63,710 nucleotides of DNA from a virus (lineage: Duplodnaviria; Caudoviricetes), in IMG/VR virus record IMGVR_UViG_3300040985_001289, positions 1 through 63,710 of that record. One strand, written 5' to 3'. A program made the position numbers and the translations under genes. The notes below the pieces were generated by a model that was not told the DNA's origin, did no database searches, and saw only the letters and a program-made list of their open reading frames with translations. How positions within the stretch are numbered: position 1 is the stretch's first letter; every line of letters begins with the position of its first letter. Below, in pieces: positions 40,977-52,400 of the stretch.

Positions 40977-41559
40977 CTGTTGACTCGTCTTTAAGCCCAA
41001 TTTCTTCTAGTGCGTATCCTTTTCTGTCAAGCAAAGAGTGACACGTAGGGCATAGTATCCACACCATATGTAGTTGCGTGTTTGCTACAGTTCTCCACGC
41101 CCCTTGTCTTCTATATTCTGGTTTGTGACATATTTCCAACACCCTATTTTCACCACAGGCTTGACATTCTTTTGGAGCATTTGGGTATCTTTTCAAAAAT
41201 CTTTTCATTTTTGAGTCTTTGCCATTCTTCTTTGAATATACCTTTTGTTGCTTTTTTTGTTTCTCTGATTTATTTGTTGACCAGTACTTAGACATCGAGT
41301 TTCTTGCGCTTTTTCTTGAACACTCATCCGAACAATGTTGCCTATTTTTACCGTCCTTGTAGTTGGGATAGAATTTCTTGCCACACTGCTTGCAATACCT
41401 ACCGTCTTTTAATTTTATCCCTTTCTTTTCCCTATAAACCTTAGAACTGCATTTCCTTGAGCAATATTTTTGCCGTGCCGTTTTAGCAACAAAAGATTGA
41501 CCACAAACAATACAGTATCTAATTTTATCAGCAAAAGACACTTGTTTTCCCTTAGCCAC
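40966..41559 (-). CDS. HNH-like endonuclease with N-terminal zinc-ribbon repeats
   Basis: CxxC...YCS..C repeats; 'CQACGE...LEICH...LCPTCH'; GTG start after GGAGG. Confidence 0.7.
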   Translation of the reverse strand: MAKGKQVSFADKIRYCIVCGQSFVAKTARQKYCSRKCSSKVYREKKGIKLKDGRYCKQCGKKFYPNYKDGKNRQHCSDECSRKSARNSMSKYWSTNKSEKQKKQQKVYSKKNGKDSKMKRFLKRYPNAPKECQACGENRVLEICHKPEYRRQGAWRTVANTQLHMVWILCPTCHSLLDRKGYALEEIGLKDESTDVK

Positions 41560-41692
41560 AATCCCTCCAAAAGCAAAACCCCAATTCGCTGTTACCTTTG
41601 CACGGTATGTGTAAAGACGAATCGGGGCAATGACTAAACTCATCGTACAAAGGTAACACAGGAAATATATGATAAAAATATCCAAAAGTCAA
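41560..41692 (-). promoter_or_regulatory. Promoter plus A-B-A'-B' structured leader (copy 2)
   Basis: TTGACT-17-TATATT; A 41644-58/A' 41590-604; B 41618-28/B' 41578-88; mismatches are G-U on minus strand. Confidence 0.7.
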
Positions 41693-42371
41693 GTTTAATT
41701 CCCTGTGAATAAATCTAAATGGTTCATATCCGATCCCCGTTATTGTCCAGGTTCACGATCCCTCCTCTTAATACTTGAGATGAACATCTGATTTACTCAT
41801 TATCCGGATCAACTCACTATCAATCCACTCCAAACTGAGTGGGGTTTTATTATCACCAGTTACTCGGTCGTGTACCATCTGTTGCAATATATCCAGTTGG
41901 TGACGTGTCCACCCGTGAACAGTGTTGACCGTGTACCCATCTTTGACTAATTGATTATCGAATAACGGGCTACTGCACTTGTGACATGTTAAGTATTTGA
42001 TTCTGTCGTTACTCACGATCCCTCCTCGTCTTCAAAATAAACGTAGCCTATGCCCTTGCGTGGGCGGATGTTGCGGTGAAACCTGAAGTGTCTCTCGCCC
42101 AACTCTGACAACTGACACCGATAAACACCATACCCGACGCGACCTAAATAATCTGATACCACATATCCGATCTCGAACAAATCTTCAAAGACACTATTCG
42201 GTACGGTAGTAGTTCCGATCTTGAACCTTGCACGATGTTGGGAATCTCCCCGTTTCCACTTTCCGCCACCGACTTTCTTACACCCGCAGACCTTGTAGAC
42301 ATCCATTTGGATCTCCCCTACCTGTCCGAGTGCCATGATAGCGATGTGTTGGGCTATTGTGATCTTGTGGG

Positions 42372-42995
42372 TCATGATGCACTCCTGATTTCAGTCAGGT
42401 TAAGAATATTCTTTCCATTTCCATCAATCCGTCTCATCACATTTTCCCCGTATCTTTCAGCAAGTTTTTCTGGTGCAAGGTTAGTGGTTAAGCATATCGG
42501 AATACCTGCGCTATGGCACTTGTAAATAATTTTCATGTACCAATCAGGGGCAAGCCTACCTTCACGCCCTAAGTCGTCCAGAACGATGCCTCTTGCCGAA
42601 TTTGTGAGGGTGTGATACAGTAGTGGAGCCTTTGCAAAGTCATTCGTATCGAATTCTATTTGATCTGTGCAATCTACGAATCTGTACTTGTCTACACGAT
42701 GCCATTGTTTCTCTTCGTAGTCTTCATACCAACCAGTGTCAGGATTTCTCTTCTCCAGCGTCTTCATGTAGGTATCAAATCCCCACAATGAATAAAGCCA
42801 CCCGACAGATAGCATTGTTTTCCCGATCTCAGTCTCTTGAGCACAGATTATGATATTCTGTTTATCGACTGCGGACTTTTGTACTCTATCCCGAACTCCA
42901 GTAAGCCCATGTCGATTATCATCGAATCTATCTAATAACATCCCTTGATACGCTACAGGGATTCTCATCTTCTGGTGAATTTCATTTATATTCAA
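42372..42995 (-). CDS. DnaC/IstB-like helicase-loader ATPase
   Basis: 'EIGKT' (atypical Walker A), 'IVLDDLG', 'TTNL', 'YGENVMRRI'. Confidence 0.75.
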   Translation of the reverse strand: MNINEIHQKMRIPVAYQGMLLDRFDDNRHGLTGVRDRVQKSAVDKQNIIICAQETEIGKTMLSVGWLYSLWGFDTYMKTLEKRNPDTGWYEDYEEKQWHRVDKYRFVDCTDQIEFDTNDFAKAPLLYHTLTNSARGIVLDDLGREGRLAPDWYMKIIYKCHSAGIPICLTTNLAPEKLAERYGENVMRRIDGNGKNILNLTEIRSAS

Positions 42996-43792
42996 TTTCT
43001 CATCCTCGTGGTTGGTATCTTGTTGACCGATTCGGTTTTGATGGTAGGTTTACGATTCAACAACTTTGCTTGGTCTAGAATATAAACCGATTTCCATTCT
43101 GTACCATTCTTAATTCTGCCATCCATTGACTTTAATGTTAGTTGCCCTTGCCTCATCCAAGCATAATTATCATCCATGGTCTTCCTGAGATATTTAAGAA
43201 TTTCATCCATTTCTCCCATGGTATGATTTCTTTTTCGCATAATGTCCATGGCTGATACTGATTGACCATGGAGATCATCCATGGTTTTTCCCCTCACTTC
43301 AACAACCAGATCATTAAACCGTTTCGTGTAGTCGAGAATCTCGTCAGGGATCTCGACAAGAGGTTTGTTATTCTTCTTTTCCTTTCCCTTCCTTTCCAAT
43401 CCTTTCCTTTCTCCACTCCCACTGTCCGGCTTTCGGTCTCCCACTGGTCTCCCACTGTCCGCCCATTGTCTTTCGATCTGTTTTCTACGTGCAAGTTTTT
43501 TACGCACATACGGAGGAACATGATCTTCCCAATCATGTATTTCATATTCACCAGAATCACCAATCTCGTCAATAAACTCCGCTTCTTTTAATGCTTCAAA
43601 GAATACCCCGTCCTCTCCAACCCACTCAGCAAGCCCCTCAATATCTAACATAGATCCAACATTAGGATCGCAATTACTGTGAGTTGAATGCCAGAGATAT
43701 TCGAGGTGTCCAAGGACATGAGGTTTTGGCATCTTAAGCAACCGGGAAAGTTTATTAAACTTCTTGTTGGTGAATAGTGAATTAAGAGCCAT
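42992..43792 (-). CDS. Phage replication initiator protein
   Basis: 'VLGHLEYLW...EIHDWEDH' N-domain, low-complexity linker 'GERKGLERKGKE'; adjacent to DnaC-like gene. Confidence 0.7.
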   Translation of the reverse strand: MALNSLFTNKKFNKLSRLLKMPKPHVLGHLEYLWHSTHSNCDPNVGSMLDIEGLAEWVGEDGVFFEALKEAEFIDEIGDSGEYEIHDWEDHVPPYVRKKLARRKQIERQWADSGRPVGDRKPDSGSGERKGLERKGKEKKNNKPLVEIPDEILDYTKRFNDLVVEVRGKTMDDLHGQSVSAMDIMRKRNHTMGEMDEILKYLRKTMDDNYAWMRQGQLTLKSMDGRIKNGTEWKSVYILDQAKLLNRKPTIKTESVNKIPTTRMRN

Positions 43793-43872
43793 TACTCATC
43801 CCTATCGAGTATCTCTTTCCGCTTATCCTTCCAGCGGTGATCGCGGAGTTTGGTGGCATACTCTTTACTCAC
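43792..43872 (-). pseudogene. 26-codon remnant of an HNH endonuclease N-terminus
   Basis: MSKEYATKLRDHRWKDKRKEILDRDE-stop resembles 'Y..KL.DPRW...R..IL.RD' HNH starts. Confidence 0.5.
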
Positions 43873-44626
43873 TTTTGACCTCGAATTTTGAGCAATACCA
43901 ATGGGGTTCAATATATGGGAAGCTGGTTTGGAAGTCGTGTATAATCCCAACACCCCTTGAGTCTTTCATTGTTGGTATCGCGGTTACGTTTGGGGGATTG
44001 TATCTGCACTCCCTGTAAATAACTTTTTCAAGTTTTTCGCCCCCCAAATATCCTAATGAATATTTGCAATTTTCACAGCGCGGATCTTTCAACTTATCAG
44101 CATACTCTTTACTGCTCATGATTCGTCCTTATAGGGTATTCTGCCTTTACTCCAACTCTTATTGACAAAACCAAATAACTCTACTGTGTAATGAAACAGC
44201 GTGTCACCAGAAGCTTTTTCAATCTTATAAGCGTCGATGCGTTCTGTGTCGCTAATTTTAATATCAACATTAACTACAGGCGTGTATTTTTCTCTACCAC
44301 ATACGACAATCAGTAGTATAACAATTAAGAGTAAAATAATAAAGCCTTTCATTAATTTCTCCTCTGTTTCCATTTCTTACTCATGATTTCTCCGGTGGCG
44401 AGGGTTTTAAGTGACTGGGCTTCCGAAATTCAGCAAGAACGCGTGTCAGATCAAGGCTTGCTCTTCGCAACGCCCCTGTTTCTTTTGGATGATTTGAGTA
44501 GAACCTCGTATCGTATCCATTAATTAAATACCCCTTATCAGCATTGATAGCATCTTTAAGGGTTTTAGCCTTCTGTCGAAACCTCTTAATCTCAACTTCT
44601 ACAATTTCAATATATTTTAAGTTCAT

Positions 44627-44777
44627 AGTCCCTCCCAAAAACAAAAATCCAACCTGTGTGTATCGCCCGGTAACAAGCGACCCTGATCCTCGCGGAGTCA
44701 GGCAGGTTGGAAAGTCAAAATCATGTTACCGTACTTCTACACGTATATATCTTACAACAATTATCCGCCAATTGCAA
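44627..44777 (-). promoter_or_regulatory. Promoter plus A-B-A'-B' structured leader (copy 3) before ORF 44626-44381
   Basis: TTGCAA-17-TAAGAT; A 44724-31/A' 44668-75; B 44703-11/B' 44648-56; then U-rich tract and GGGAGG. Confidence 0.6.
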
Positions 44778-45301
44778 CTGTTGAATCACTTTTTTTCTTT
44801 TTGTCTGAGCACATACATAACTCTGGATTAAAATCGGGGTGTTCACAACAGGTTATGTGGTGTTCCCCGTCTCTTTCGTCACACATGTAACATTCGTCTT
44901 TCCAACCAACAGAGACGCGTTCACCTGTAAAGGTTTCGACACACACCTTGAACTCATTCTTAATTGTGTCACGATCTTCTTCGTCAGGTTTCCCGTCAAA
45001 TACAAGTCTGACTATTGTTGATTCATATAATCCATAATCAATATGTGCTATTAATTCGGGTATTTCCTTGCTCACAACTCCTCCTTTTTCTTTCCCTCGC
45101 AATCGGCACGGGTGTTCTTTTTAAGCCAATCCTGGAACGCGGATTCGAGTTCGTCGGAGCCACAATTGAAATGCCATAATGGATACCATCCGTCATCACC
45201 TTGACATGTCCAATCACCACTTTCATTACGCGCATATGAATCGTCACCACTCTGAAAATATTCGACCATCTCTTCGTGCGTCTTCTTCAGTTCAATAGCC
45301 A

Positions 45302-45748
45302 TCATTCACCCCTGTCAAGGATTTGGTTCTCTATGTCCGACAGGGCTTTCCTGACTTGTAACAGTGTAAAGCACTCAGGTTCCATTGTCGGTGGTTGAAG
45401 TATCGAATACGGGATACCGTTATCTTTAGCAAACAGTATTTCCCCTTGCGTACCTTCTGACTCTGCGAATCCAGGAAGGACAATCATCCCGTCGCAACAT
45501 GCAAGCAGTGACAGCGTCCCTTTATACCAAACGTCGTCATCACAGGCACAGCCCTTGTATTGGTGCTCCTTGACCTTCTGCCATATCGCTGAAGTCATTG
45601 TATGCGGAGTCATTGGGAACCAACTATCATCACCACAGTCAATCACCATAGCTGAGACAAGTGCTGCCCTGTTAATGTTGTTGTAAATTTCTTCGGTAGT
45701 ATCCGCAGATAACCGTCCCGCGATATAGACCAAGCTCGGTAATCTCAC
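45302..45748 (-). CDS. DUF4406/nucleoside deoxyribosyltransferase-like protein
   Basis: 'VYIAG...PH...CDGMIVLPGF..SEG...E..FAK..GIP'. Confidence 0.7.
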   Translation of the reverse strand: MRLPSLVYIAGRLSADTTEEIYNNINRAALVSAMVIDCGDDSWFPMTPHTMTSAIWQKVKEHQYKGCACDDDVWYKGTLSLLACCDGMIVLPGFAESEGTQGEILFAKDNGIPYSILQPPTMEPECFTLLQVRKALSDIENQILDRGE

Positions 45749-45938
45749 ATTGAACTCCTCTCGACAGATCCTCTATCGAGTACTTTGTGATTTGAATCGT
45801 ACTTGTCAGGGTCAATACCCCACCCCTGTCCGTGAACTGACTTCTTGTTCGCAATAGCCTCTGCTGTCTTATCCTTTGTGAATCCTTCCCACCTACTTTT
45901 TGGAAAGTTTGTCTTTTTGCACTTATCCATGAACCGGC

Positions 45939-46346
45939 TCACAGCATCCTCCATATGATAATTATGTCGGTCAGCATCCATGTGAATGCGACTAACTTGT
46001 TGAATTTTCTCATATCAAACACCCACACTGCTATAAAATACATTGAAAATATGATAATTGTCACAGGCAGTAAACTTGCCACAATATCAATGCTAACTAA
46101 TCGCCATGAGAACCAAATATACACAGCGTATTTAATCCCCTTCAGAAAGCCGTAGCAAGTTGTCCCATAGTCAACATCCAAATACCGATTAAAGATGTCC
46201 CACGCAAGCCTGAATGCGATTAATCCGGCTATCCAGAAGCCGTAGTCTGTCCCGATCTTCAAGGATAGCAATAATGATCCCCCCATCCCTGTAAAGTACA
46301 AAGCAGATGGGGAGTCCATTTCTTTATGTAAGGTTCCGAAAAACAT
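45939..46346 (-). CDS. Multi-pass membrane protein
   Basis: Several hydrophobic segments. Confidence 0.55.
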   Translation of the reverse strand: MFFGTLHKEMDSPSALYFTGMGGSLLLSLKIGTDYGFWIAGLIAFRLAWDIFNRYLDVDYGTTCYGFLKGIKYAVYIWFSWRLVSIDIVASLLPVTIIIFSMYFIAVWVFDMRKFNKLVAFTWMLTDIIIIWRML

Positions 46347-47277
46347 TACGAAATTGCGAATTCGACGGAGTTTATACCGTCACCCAAGACTGTGTATACG
46401 TCAGCGAATGTTGCTCGTTCGGTATCGTTTGCATGTGCAAATCCATAAACATCAAAGTTGTATGCGTTGCCTCCGATATAAACACCAGTTGCCGTCGATG
46501 TCCCTTTCTTTTTGCAGAATGGAACTACACCAATCTGTGCCTTGATAAATGTAACACAGTTTTTTGACAGAAGCCCGTCCCAGTCATTCTTGTAAGTCAT
46601 TTGTTACTCCGTTTGGTTTACCCGTTAAGGGTGGTTTATGTTATTAACAATTCAGCCCATCGAGCAATATGGCTGTTATTCCAAACCACTTCTTTCGTGC
46701 CAAAAATCGTTGGGTGAACATCTGCTTTGATATCTCGCTTCAGATCCATTCGGGTTTCAATGCTGTTCTTTTTTAATGCTTTGACATTTTCCTTCCGACA
46801 GAACAATATCACCCGTCGATAAAGGTCATTCACAACTTTGCGAGATTTGTTTTTCTTCCAGCCTTCCCTGTCTAAGTACTTTCTGTTTGCTGGTTGGTTC
46901 TTGGTGCTTCGCTTTGTTTTCTTGCCCTGCGTTGTACCTTCTGACATTTCGTGCCTCTTTATAAAATGTTATACCGAGTCCTCGTATTCCTGATTCCGGT
47001 CTTGGATGAGAAGGTCTGACTCGGCTTGGTCGGCTTGCTCTGCTTGTGTGCGTAGATCATAATGTGAACTAAAACACTCTGCTATCTCGTGGAATAAATC
47101 ATGGTGCTCATGGAAGTCTCCATCAGAGTAGTTGCTCTTGAAGTGTTCCATCAGGGATTCACATAGTTCGATTAGCGGATAATCCCTTCTCCGTTCACTG
47201 CAAATGTCATCTAAGCCAACAATTAGACTTTCGTGTACTTCTTCAGTCTGCGACATTTCTTACTCCTTTGTTAATGT

Positions 47278-47353
47278 TGGTGGCAGTGGGTTGAATCGAA
47301 CAACCGTCTTTGTCCTTGTTAGGGATTATGCTCCTCCACTGAGCTACACTGCC
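47278..47353 (-). tRNA. tRNA, anticodon AAC (nominal Val), distorted anticodon stem, encoded CCA
   Basis: GGCAGTG/CACTGCC acceptor, GCTC/GAGC D-stem, GGTTG-TTCGATT-CAACC T-arm, ACCA end; 76 nt. Confidence 0.85.
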
Positions 47354-47483
47354 ATCCGCCAGGTAACATTGATACCCAGCGACACTGTAAAGTATTAGAA
47401 CTTGCGATTCCTTACTTCCGCATAAACATTGCCTCCTTGTTTGTGAATGTTGTTGTTAATGTGTTAATGTTAGAATGGTAATA

Positions 47484-47879
47484 TCAAAAAGGAAGCAATT
47501 CTCCATCATCTACAGGCTTTGGTGCAGAGTTGTTCACCACATGCGTCGCGGTGCTCTGCGGGGCTGGTTGTGAGTCGCTTCTGCTACCAAGCAATTTCAT
47601 TTTATTGGCTATGATCTCAGTGGAGTACTGCTTGACCCCCTCTTTTTCATAGTCATTGTAACTGATCTCACCTTCGATGTAGATCTGTGATCCTTTGCGG
47701 ACATATTTTTCTACGATTTCAGCCAGCTTTCCGAATGCAGTTACCCGATGCCATGCTGTTTCCTTCTTGTAATTCTCTGTTGCGAGAGAGAACTTTACTA
47801 TTTTTATCCCACTTTTTGCAACCCTTGTTTCAGGGTCTTTGCCAACCCTTCCAATAAGTATTGTTAAACTGACTGACAT
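47484..47879 (-). CDS. ssb: Single-stranded DNA-binding protein
   Basis: 'ILIGRVGKDPE...WHRVTAFGKLAE...KGSQIYIEG'; C-terminal DDGELLPF. Confidence 0.95.
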   Translation of the reverse strand: MSVSLTILIGRVGKDPETRVAKSGIKIVKFSLATENYKKETAWHRVTAFGKLAEIVEKYVRKGSQIYIEGEISYNDYEKEGVKQYSTEIIANKMKLLGSRSDSQPAPQSTATHVVNNSAPKPVDDGELLPF

Positions 47880-47880
47880 G

Positions 47881-48618
47881 TTATGCTCCTTCAAATCCCA
47901 AGTCCTCAGTAGCATCTTCTTCCGATATTTCGTACTGTGGTTCGGGTACTGGTTTACGAACAGGATTAAAATCAATCCCCTTTCCTTCGAGTAGCTCTTT
48001 GGCTATATCCCAGTTATTCCAGAATATCTCCAGAACTTCTCTGAGCTTATCTGTGGTTTCGTCCGGCACAACGTCTATGATAACCGGATCTAATCCAGGA
48101 AAGTAGCTCATCAGTTTCCAGTTCTCCAAACCTGACACCAAGAGGCTCGCATGAACCTGAATCTTGTACTTCTTCAGGAGGTCGGCAGGATACCGCATGT
48201 AACCGATGTGGGTATGTGGCAACGGGCATTTTAACTCAAGCCCACCAACATATTCACCATCTTTATTAACAATTAGACCATCCGGTGAACATCCGAACCG
48301 ACCACACTCTGACTTGATGAATCCGACCTCTTGAACTTTTAGATCAGTAATAAAACTAAAAGCATCTCTTGCTTCCGGCTCGGTATCTGTGCCATCCTGC
48401 ATTGCCCGTGATGTAAAAGCCCCAACAGCTTCAGGAGCCCCGGGCAAGAATACCTCTGCCATCAGTGTATTGATCAAGGTGTCAGCCCCACTTGCATATG
48501 TCATCTTTGCGGGTGTGCATACCTGACTCATTCTGGAAGCGGTCAACACTCCTGACCTGAGCAGAAACCACTCAATTGTCCCCTGTTCAACATCTGAAAT
48601 CCGGTCTATGAGGTTCAC
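47881..48618 (-). CDS. YqaJ/lambda-exonuclease family recombination nuclease
   Basis: 'QGTIEW...R.G.LTAS', 'GCSPDGL', 'ELKCP'. Confidence 0.9.
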   Translation of the reverse strand: MNLIDRISDVEQGTIEWFLLRSGVLTASRMSQVCTPAKMTYASGADTLINTLMAEVFLPGAPEAVGAFTSRAMQDGTDTEPEARDAFSFITDLKVQEVGFIKSECGRFGCSPDGLIVNKDGEYVGGLELKCPLPHTHIGYMRYPADLLKKYKIQVHASLLVSGLENWKLMSYFPGLDPVIIDVVPDETTDKLREVLEIFWNNWDIAKELLEGKGIDFNPVRKPVPEPQYEISEEDATEDLGFEGA

Positions 48619-49403
48619 TTGGGCTTCCTCCTCAATTCAGTAAGTTTTCCCCTGAGTTGACCTGTAGCCTTTTTGTAATCATCTACTGAGAAATCTTTAA
48701 GGTTAGTATCTTCATCAATATTGAGTCCCTTAAGCCAAACTCCCATATTAACTTTCCTACCCAACTCGTGCTCAACATCCCCTATCAAAGACTCAAGAGC
48801 CATTGCTTCATCTTCTGTGATTCCACCATCAAGACCCTGAGCATCCTTGTCCTCGTCCTCTGTGACGATGTTTAATGCGTTCATAAGGCAATACCGCTTT
48901 GCATATGAAAGGGTAGCACCTGTATTTCTTGCATCGTTTGCCGTCGTCTTTGGCAGGGCATGAACACCTAATTCAAACTCAGATATCTCTGTATGTGAAC
49001 CCACTGAAATATACCCCAAAACGTGCATCTTAGTCGGGCTTTCCGATGCTGGGAAGCTGAACCGAATTGCTATCCCATGCTTTGAGAGAATCGGTTGTAT
49101 CACAAACATCACATCATCATAAGGTGAATATTTGTAATTGTGACCATCCTTATTCTTTTTGATTCGCGGACATTCAGATTGGAATTTGCTAATAGCATCG
49201 TTATATACTGCTTTCGCACTCCACTCCCGTTCCGCCCGCAGAAACTTAACCATTGTCTCAAAGTTGGCAGGGTTAAAATTCTTATCCTTCGCCAGTTCCA
49301 TAACCTGACTAATCGGACTTGCCGGAAGGTGGCTTTCAACATGTTCTATTGCCGATGAACCCTTTTTCGGGATGAGTTCGACCTGTGTGTTTTTCTCATC
49401 CAT
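48615..49403 (-). CDS. erf: ERF-family single-strand annealing protein
   Basis: 'YKYSPYDD...PILSKHG', 'GATLSYAKRY.L...LNI...EDKD'. Confidence 0.85.
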   Translation of the reverse strand: MDEKNTQVELIPKKGSSAIEHVESHLPASPISQVMELAKDKNFNPANFETMVKFLRAEREWSAKAVYNDAISKFQSECPRIKKNKDGHNYKYSPYDDVMFVIQPILSKHGIAIRFSFPASESPTKMHVLGYISVGSHTEISEFELGVHALPKTTANDARNTGATLSYAKRYCLMNALNIVTEDEDKDAQGLDGGITEDEAMALESLIGDVEHELGRKVNMGVWLKGLNIDEDTNLKDFSVDDYKKATGQLRGKLTELRRKPK

Positions 49404-52400
49404 TATTCTGCTTCCTTAACAATAGCTTCGATAGCCAGTATCATTTGCGAGCGAAGGATAGGATTGCTTCTTAATGTATTGACTGCCTTCTCCACGGAAC
49501 CACTCAGTTTTGATACGAGTGTTTTAGCAACCTTGTGTTTGAACTCTTCCAAGACAATTACCTTGAATAATTCGTCCCTTATGGTGTCTGTGAATGCAGT
49601 TCCGATAATCGTCTTCAACTCATCTGCGTTTTCACTCACGACCTGCTCGACGATTGTTTTTAGCGGTGAACCATATCCAACCAAGCTGCTTTTGATAGCA
49701 TCGGCAATTGAATGCTTTGCTTGACGCACTATCTGCACTTCGAGTTCTGTTATATCAGCCATCACTCGCCCCCGCCATCAGGCTCGCTGTCAGGGTGGAC
49801 TATCGGGGTTGACATGTCAGTGGACATTGGTTCTGGTTTGGACGGAGGCTTAAAATAATCATTAAACCGATCTTCTGTCTGTTTCTTAGCTTTAGCAAGC
49901 AATGATTCAGGATCAACGATGTCGAGTTCGACCTGTTCGCTCTCAACAACGAATCTCTTTTCAACCTTAATCCGAACAGAATCAACCAACTTGAGTATGT
50001 GGTAAATGTTACCATTTTCTTTGATCCCTGAGATGAACTTCCGAGCGTCTTCAACCTTGTCGAACTTGCCCACGATCATCTCTAACGGGTTGTGTCCTGC
50101 TTGCACTACGATAATGTCTTTCATGTTACTTCTCCTCTGTATCTGCGTCTCCGCAGGTGATTGATTTGATTTTTCTTACAATCTTGTCCTCATACTCTAT
50201 TTTGCAGGACGAGTTGCTTGGGCTACAAGATATAGTAATTGATAAGCTCGCTCCCCTTTCAACAACTATCTTAGATCTCCACGAATTGTAGGAGTCTGAA
50301 AATTCAGGGTCAGATCCTTTTGCTACAATACCCACGCTATCAAGACCCTCTAAGACGTGGCGTAGTAAGTTTTTTGATGTTGTTAGCGTCTGGTCTTCAA
50401 CATAAATTTCAATACTGTTGGTAACAACAAAAAGGAAGTGGTATACATAACCACTATTACCAACAAAGTCTCTAATCAAGTCATAGGCATGAGAAGCCGC
50501 TCCAGCATCAAACATTGGTACTACTTTAAGAAGTTCCTCTTGGTCGCGCTTAATCTCTTCTCTTAACTCCATGTCAATCTCCCTTTTCCGTTGAAAATTC
50601 ATAATACTGTTTTTCTTTTTCTTCAAGTTCTATCTTCGTAGACATGATTTCCGATAGTGCCACTGACAGAGAATCAATGGCATTCCTTGTTGCTATCTCC
50701 AAGTGTAGGTACTTCGCCTGAAGTTTGCCCTCGCACTTGTTCATATCTGTTCTGAGGTCGTCTAATTTATTTGCCATTGGTTGCCTCCAACATTTTAACC
50801 GTTCCCCGAAGAAACTCAATGTCGTCAAGTCGGTCATTAATCTTCTCAGCAAGAACTTTCTTTGCGTCATAATGCTCTTTGTTACAGCAATACAAGGCGT
50901 TGTTAATGTTCATGTGCCATGAATGTCTCCACTCGTCCATATCTAATGCCTTAGTAAGCATGTCTTGTTTTTCTTTAAGATCCATTATCAGCCTCATTTG
51001 GGTAGTTTTCTATCCTTACAATAACACCTATGTCTGTGGTTAGTTGAAGGAAAACCAAGTTCATCTTCGATCTATGAGGCCATGTGTTACTCCTTCTCAT
51101 GTACCTAAAAGGAACGACAATATTCCTATCATTCATAAAAAGATAACTTTGGTTAACCCACCATTCAATTTCGTAGTCAATTCCCAACGCAGTAAATTTT
51201 CTTGTCCGTACAAAATCACTTGGGTCTTTTTTCTCTGGTATCGTTGCTTTGATAGATTCATAATCAAGCATTAGATCAATCTGTTCAAGTGTTATAGGTT
51301 CATTCATTATCAGCCTCCAAAGGGCAATTATCGTAGTTATCCTTGCACTTCCTGAAGGACATTAGCTCGCAACCGCCACCATTGTCTCTGTGGTAGCAAT
51401 CATTATCTTCTGGTCTTGGGTCGAATCTGTCAGCCAAGAACTTTTTAGTATCAATCTCATGTCTTAGTGCCATAATCTTCTCCTGCTATTGGTTGTTAAA
51501 GTAAGCCTGAATAAAATAGCCGTATCTTCATCTAAGGCACCGAGGTTTCGATGTGTCGCAACGAATCTGGCGGGAGTGAAGACACGGCTAATGTCTGAAT
51601 AAAAATCTGTGTTTGGTTTAATTTTCGTTGCGACGTTACTACCCACTAACTTACTGAATCTTTTCCCAAAAGTCAATACCCCGCCCGCAACTTTTTTCAC
51701 TATTTGAAATTTAGCACGGTTTGGGATAGACGGTTGGCGATCATTTCTTATCCCGATAAATTAACTTAGGTCGCTTGGTCGAGTCTGGCTGGACGAATAC
51801 CCCACAACGAATAACGCCACCTGATCCATCAATGATTATATGGGATTCCCCATCAAACCACATGACGCACTCTTTAATGTCAGCAGGTGTCCACTCCTTA
51901 TTAATCCCCCAATCTTCGGGGAATATCGCTATCCAGAGAAGGGTAATCACAACGATGTAGACCATTGACCAGAAGGCATATAGTGGCACATTTGATATCA
52001 TTTCTTCTCCCCTTGAATATAACACCATCCCATAACGGTTACTCCAGATGGAATCTGTTTCCACTCACCTTCAGACTCGCACATCCATCCAGCATTAGTC
52101 CACTTGTAGGGATGATCATCTTGATACTGTCCACCGAACCACCGTGCGAAGTGGTCGAAAATTATTGCCCGTACTGGTCTATGGTCATCGGGGAATTTTG
52201 GACGGTAGAATTTCATTTCTTTTCCTTGTTTAAGTTAGCCTCAAGCGATTCCCAATGGGATAAAGCATCCTCTTGGGAGGCGAACCTTCCTCCAAGAGTC
52301 AGGACTCCCCAATCATCCAAGTAATCGTAACACCACTTGCCTTCGCTTTGATAGGTGCTAACAAATTTCAGTTTTCTACCCGGTGAATACCTCATTTCTT

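Noticed and set aside
47310-47330. Reading the tRNA as an amber (CTA) suppressor or Leu(TAA), implying recoding
   Set aside because: Those registers give no stem or U33; genes read intact in the standard code with TAG used as a stop
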